From positions 22,196,001 through 22,260,000 of the forward strand of contig OZ260663.1 in assembly GCA_965285935.1 (NCBI GenBank): a stretch of 64,000 nucleotides of DNA. Direction: 5' to 3'. The position numbers and the translations under genes were made by a program. The first letter of the stretch is position 1. The number at the start of each line of letters is the position of its first letter. This DNA is from Ophelia neglecta. Lineage: Eukaryota. This document shows, one piece after another, positions 59,701 to 64,000 of the stretch. The notes beneath the pieces are model-generated. The model saw only the letters and a list, made by a program, of their open reading frames with translations. It had not been told where the DNA came from and did no database searches.

Positions 59701-61257
59701 TTATTATGTTGTATGAGGTATACATGTACCGGGTATGTGTCTGATGTGTTTTTGTACGTTTAATGCTGCATTTGATGTGCATGGACCTCAATCCCAACAG
59801 GGCAAGAAAAAAGTAAGTATCAGTGCTGTCCATCTGATCTAACTAGATCACCTGAGAAACTTGTCATGTTTGTCGACTGTTGACACTGTTATTGTGTACT
59901 TTGCATGGTATTTAAATCTTTATTGCTGAGTTTTATCATGAGTTGAAGTACTTAGGCTTTGACAGCTGACTTGCACGTGTCTTAGCCAAATCTTTCCCTC
60001 TGGTTGGTCATGTGGTCTGGGTGATAGCCACTTGACCACAGTGACCTCGCTGGTCCAGCTGTCCGTCCATCTGGACATCACTGGTACATGGATCACTCTG
60101 TTATTTAAGCAAGTTGAAGTCTGCAGGTTGTCTCATTCACATGTTTGGTAATAAGCAAAAGAGACAAGTTTATAGGGCCACAAGATATATTGCAATATAT
60201 TATGCGCTGTTTACCGCTGTTTACAAGTTTACCAGGGTAGTCTGTCTAATCGTAACATGCCCTTAGCTACAAGAGCAATTTTAATATCAGCACAGGACAT
60301 TCACATGACTCATGTGTTGATAAAATAGAAAACCTTATTGAATAACCCAATACAGAATCAAAGATACATACAGGTTATTTGCATATGGTAGTGAAGTGAG
60401 TAGTACAGTGAGTAGTAAATTGTGAGTAGTACACAATGAGTATTACACTAAACGTGAGGCTGGGCCTGATTTGAAAAAAAGTTCACAACATATTGGGACA
60501 TGTTTTAGAACTCCAATGTATACTTTGTAATGGAACGGGGGATGGTTATATTATGGGTCTGTAGGCGATGATTCCGGAGGAATTTTCCACCATTTTGAAT
60601 GAATCATTTCTGATTAATAATTTTGGATTGTCGGCGGCAAAGCCACCCCTGGGTTTTTTGTGCTTGCATGTCATTATGTTGACTTTTTAGTTTTCTAGTT
60701 AGGTTCAATGTGTTTCAGGTTTTTGCAAAGTGTGAAATATGTGTATGTTTAAAGGCATGTGTATTAATTTTAATTTACATGTACATGTACCTCCTAGCCA
60801 TCTAGGGTCTTGATAAAGATATACATGTACTGTATGTACAGTTTTATGTTTTTATTGGTAGAAAGAATAAATCAGAAGCCAATTGAAGTTAACTGACAAA
60901 TCACTGCTACAGAAAATAAATGTTGTATACTAGCTTTCTTTATTATTCTGTAATTTTAATCCTCACTGGCAAAACTGGTGTTAAGGAATTTAGCATGTGC
61001 TATAAAAATTCCATTTAAAATTTTATATTAATGGTACTGAGGATCAGGGATTATTCATTTACTAGGAAGCCTATATCAATTACGTGTGTTTGATGTCAAT
61101 ATTAATGCATTGTGTGCTATACATGTGCTTTCTGTGTGTTAATAGGAGGAAGTCATCCCTGTGAAAACACCGGACCAGCTGCCGCCATTACGAAACCCTG
61201 AGATTCTAATTGGAGAAAATGACCTGACGTCTCTCAGCTACCTCCACGAGCCGGCAG
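41798..61257 (+). CDS. MYO5: Unconventional myosin V, first three coding exons (gene continues beyond the window)
   Basis: Exons 41798-41824 (MSFKELYTK|gtaagg), 55941-56048 ([36 protein letters not shown]) and 61146-61257 ([37 protein letters not shown]). These match the class V myosin N-terminus (ELYTK-ARVWIPD...[23 protein letters not shown]). Confidence 0.93.
43520..43853. mobile_element. PIF/Harbinger-type MITE in myosin V intron 1
   Basis: TIRs ggcc(A)n-tgtttcc / ggaaacata(T)n-ggcc; TAA at 43517-43519 and 43854-43856. Confidence 0.75.
45770..45895. repeat. Degenerate minisatellite, unit about 20-21 bp (ggggcaccacaatgac...)
   Basis: About six imperfect copies of ggggcaccacaatgac(a/c/t). 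Confidence 0.7.
45982..46128. mobile_element. Tc1/mariner-superfamily MITE (TA target)
   Basis: ta|cagtgacacctgtcttaaagaccacc ... ggtcttaattcacaggttttactg|ta; related to the copy at 57446-57620. Confidence 0.7.
49919..50250. repeat. 39-bp tandem minisatellite, about 8 copies
   Basis: Unit approximately aaactccacccacatttacctgactcaggcttgtggcagtt. It explains the repetitive ORF at 50062-50250. Confidence 0.9.
54069..54203 (+). CDS. Candidate alternative first coding exon of myosin V (45 aa)
   Basis: ATG in aaaATGg context, preceded by TATAAA at 54014-54019. Reads [45 protein letters not shown] and ends AAG|GT in phase 0, compatible with the exon at 55941. Confidence 0.5.
56655..56832. mobile_element. 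Tc1/mariner-superfamily MITE (TA target)
   Basis: ta|cagtggtccctgcgttgtagggcc ... ggccttacatcgcagggaccactg|ta. Confidence 0.8.
57446..57620. mobile_element. Tc1/mariner-superfamily MITE (TA target)
   Basis: ta|cagtgaaacctg...aagact ... ggtctttaaggcaggtttcactg|ta. Confidence 0.8.
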
Positions 61258-64000
61258 GTGAGTGAGGAGGTTACAACAATCCCCACCAGGATGCACTTTA
61301 ATCCAAACTGATTCAGTTTAAATCCCTCTCAAAGGACAAAGAATTTTTCAAATTGAACTGTTTGTCTCCACCTTATCAATAATTAAGTACAAGATTGATA
61401 GTAGGATTCCAAACATTGGCTGCTACAACAAGAATACCGCGAAATCCTGTAAATAAGCTGTGCAGCCTGAGCTACTGTGATTGGTCGTTTCCTCAGTAGA
61501 ACCACCACATTCTCTGTCAGCATTTGTGGAAACCAGAATACTGCGGTAAAAACTAAACAATCAATATTCAACCAAGATCTTATGAAATATGATTACAGCA
61601 TTTCACATGTCTTGGAGCTTTACTAGTTAAGATTCTGGTCTAGCCATTCCAGTCTATTGTTAATATATGTACAATTTTCTATTTATTTCTATATTCTATG
61701 AGATACATATGAGATATATATGGTTCTGGCAAATGATGCTACGATGTGAACACCATATGTAGCCCTAAGCAGGTATAGTGGCACTCTGTCTTAACAATGC
61801 CCTTCTGACATTGTTATATGAGGGACGTGTGATTTGTCTGTTTAAAAACAAAGAAGGATTATATGATCAGAGAGAGGGAAAGCCCTCCCGGGTTGAGTAA
61901 GGGGCTGATTGATGTACAAATTGCGTGTTTGCACCCTTATTTTTGTTGTAGGTAACTAAATGTGGTTTAATTAGAGTTGGAGTTTCTGTTACACAGCCGT
62001 AGCTGGTAGATGTACATGTTTATATACATGTAGCCATGGCCCATGGTATCAGATTTACTGAAGATGTGTGTCCTCTGTCTGTCCTTGTGTCTACATGTAC
62101 CTTAATGACCAGTGTAGGGGTTTCATGCATGGCAGGATAGGATGAAGAGATGACTTGCTCAGGGCACCATAAAGCTGACCATATATCTTGCCATACATGT
62201 GGTGAAGATGTATATAGTCTACTAGTGTTTATTCAAAGTATATATCCCCCCCCCTCCTCTCTACCCTCATTGCATCCACAGCCCTGCAGGTACTTGTATA
62301 ATAATCATACTGATCCTTTCTACCTCCAGGTGATTGCCTCTCTCCATTTAACACAGGAGATGCTGGTACTTTAACCCGTTTATAACTAAGACTGTGAACC
62401 GCTCATGCACGTAGCGAGCAGTGTCAGGTGTTTGTACATGAGGGCCGACCCCACTGCTTTCTCAACTCAAACCAGCTCCCTTTGTCTTCAGCATTGTTTA
62501 TTACAGTTTCCTGACCCTTTGCAGGTTATTTCTTTACACCTGACTATCCACAATTCAGCCTACTCTTACATTAAATTAGGCTGCATGCATTTGAAACTTG
62601 CTCATTCCCCGCCTACATAAACAGTTTTGCCATCAACTGATTGAACTGTATTTGACAAGGAACCAGCCTTCCTTTGGCCAAGGGCTAAACTCCCTTCCTG
62701 TGTTCCGATAGTGCTAGCCGTTCTTTATCAGCCCGTCTGAACCTCTAAGTTACCTCTTAGAAAGCATTTTGATTGTTTCCTCTGTGCTGAATCTACAGCT
62801 GTCAGAACACAATTAACTTGTTTTTGCTCAGACACAGTTCTTATTCTTTATTACTATAATCCAACAGACTCCAATTATTTCAATCATCTGAATGATCCCT
62901 TTGTAGGGTTGGATTGACATTATTGGCTTTCTTTTGTAGTTGTGTTTCTATTCTTTATATATCTGTATTAATAAAGAAGATGTAGGTCTGACAGGTTTGG
63001 ACTCAGGTGTTCCTGCCTTCATTTACATGGGTTCAAAAAGCTGAGTATTATTGTTTTAGATATTAATAATACAATGTGTGCTTTGATGAATCAGTGGCAA
63101 AGGGGAATTACATTCCAAATCGTAAAAAAAAATTATGATTAAATTTCAACACCAGACAGGATGCTTACAAGCTTAGTCAATGTGTTTTGAAAGGTCACCC
63201 TTTGTCTAACAGCAATCGGCAATTCCTCATTTGTTAAAAAGGCTTGATTTAGTCAGGAAACTTAGCTTCTTGTAGCAGGTTCTGTCTGATGTCATTTATG
63301 TCAACCAGCAGACAAGCTTCAAGTTTTGCAAAAATCTCACCGTTTTACCCAAAGATTTTCTCACTTTTATCATTTTTATCCGTCATAGTGTTAAGAAATT
63401 CTCATGAGACATCGACTTTAGATGTGTAAGGATGTGTGTTTGACCTTTCACTCTATGGTGTATATAAATATATTCATTTACCCCCCCCCCCCCCCCCTCA
63501 GTCTGGAGTTCTTTGACTGGCGATTTTCCAAAAGGACTCGTACTCTTGCACTGAAGCAATTCCCATAAGTCACTAAATTTCAACATGATGGCTTTAAAAC
63601 TAAATTGAGTAAATTTTCCTAAGGACTCACATTTTCTTCTACCATTAAGTCCTGGGACTCATGCCTCTGAATTTCTAAATGAATCACTGGTATATAATCT
63701 TGTTTAAGTATATGTATAATATACTAGAGTTATAAGTACATTTTGCCTCCAGTTTCACACCCTCAGCTTTTTCGGCTGCTGGCATTGCCATGATGGATTC
63801 AAGATGCACGCAATCATCTACATTAATAAATAAATTGGTGTTTTTTCAACACACTATGCTAGGTTTAATTGAGAGGTCTCCCATTTGGGTTCTCATTAAC
63901 AAAGATTTTCTCCCTGGCCGACTCCCAGACAGACAGTATGGCAGATTGATTCTGAGTTGATCACTGAGTTTTTTTCTTCTTGCTGAACTTTGTATAAATG

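Noticed and set aside
59287-59763. 158-aa intronic ORF in myosin V intron 2
   Set aside because: AT-rich, low-information sequence with no domain motif or splice support.

Overview
Eukaryotic, AT-rich, intron-containing animal DNA. The repeat types and abundant TACATGTA motifs suggest a marine invertebrate, probably a lophotrochozoan (inference). Four spliced protein-coding genes can be reconstructed by hand. (1) A cathepsin L-like papain-family protease on the minus strand (ATG 5332, running off the window start). (2) A complete 9-exon, 373-aa SABATH-family (Methyltransf_7) SAM-dependent methyltransferase on the plus strand (21027-26479), a family best known from plant specialised metabolism. 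(3) A complete 9-exon, 420-aa DCP2 decapping enzyme on the minus strand (40092-32932), with a U12-type AT-AC intron, a GC-AG intron inside the Nudix box and a chain of three stop-start-coupled uORFs. (4) The first exons of myosin V on the plus strand, head-to-head with DCP2, with a candidate alternative first exon. Between and within the genes are two tail-to-tail RTE-X-like LINEs, a decayed CR1-group fragment, hAT, Harbinger and Tc1/mariner-type MITEs, a long-TIR foldback element, a Helentron-like element and several tandem duplications. Most entries in the ORF track are spurious or are single exons read into introns.
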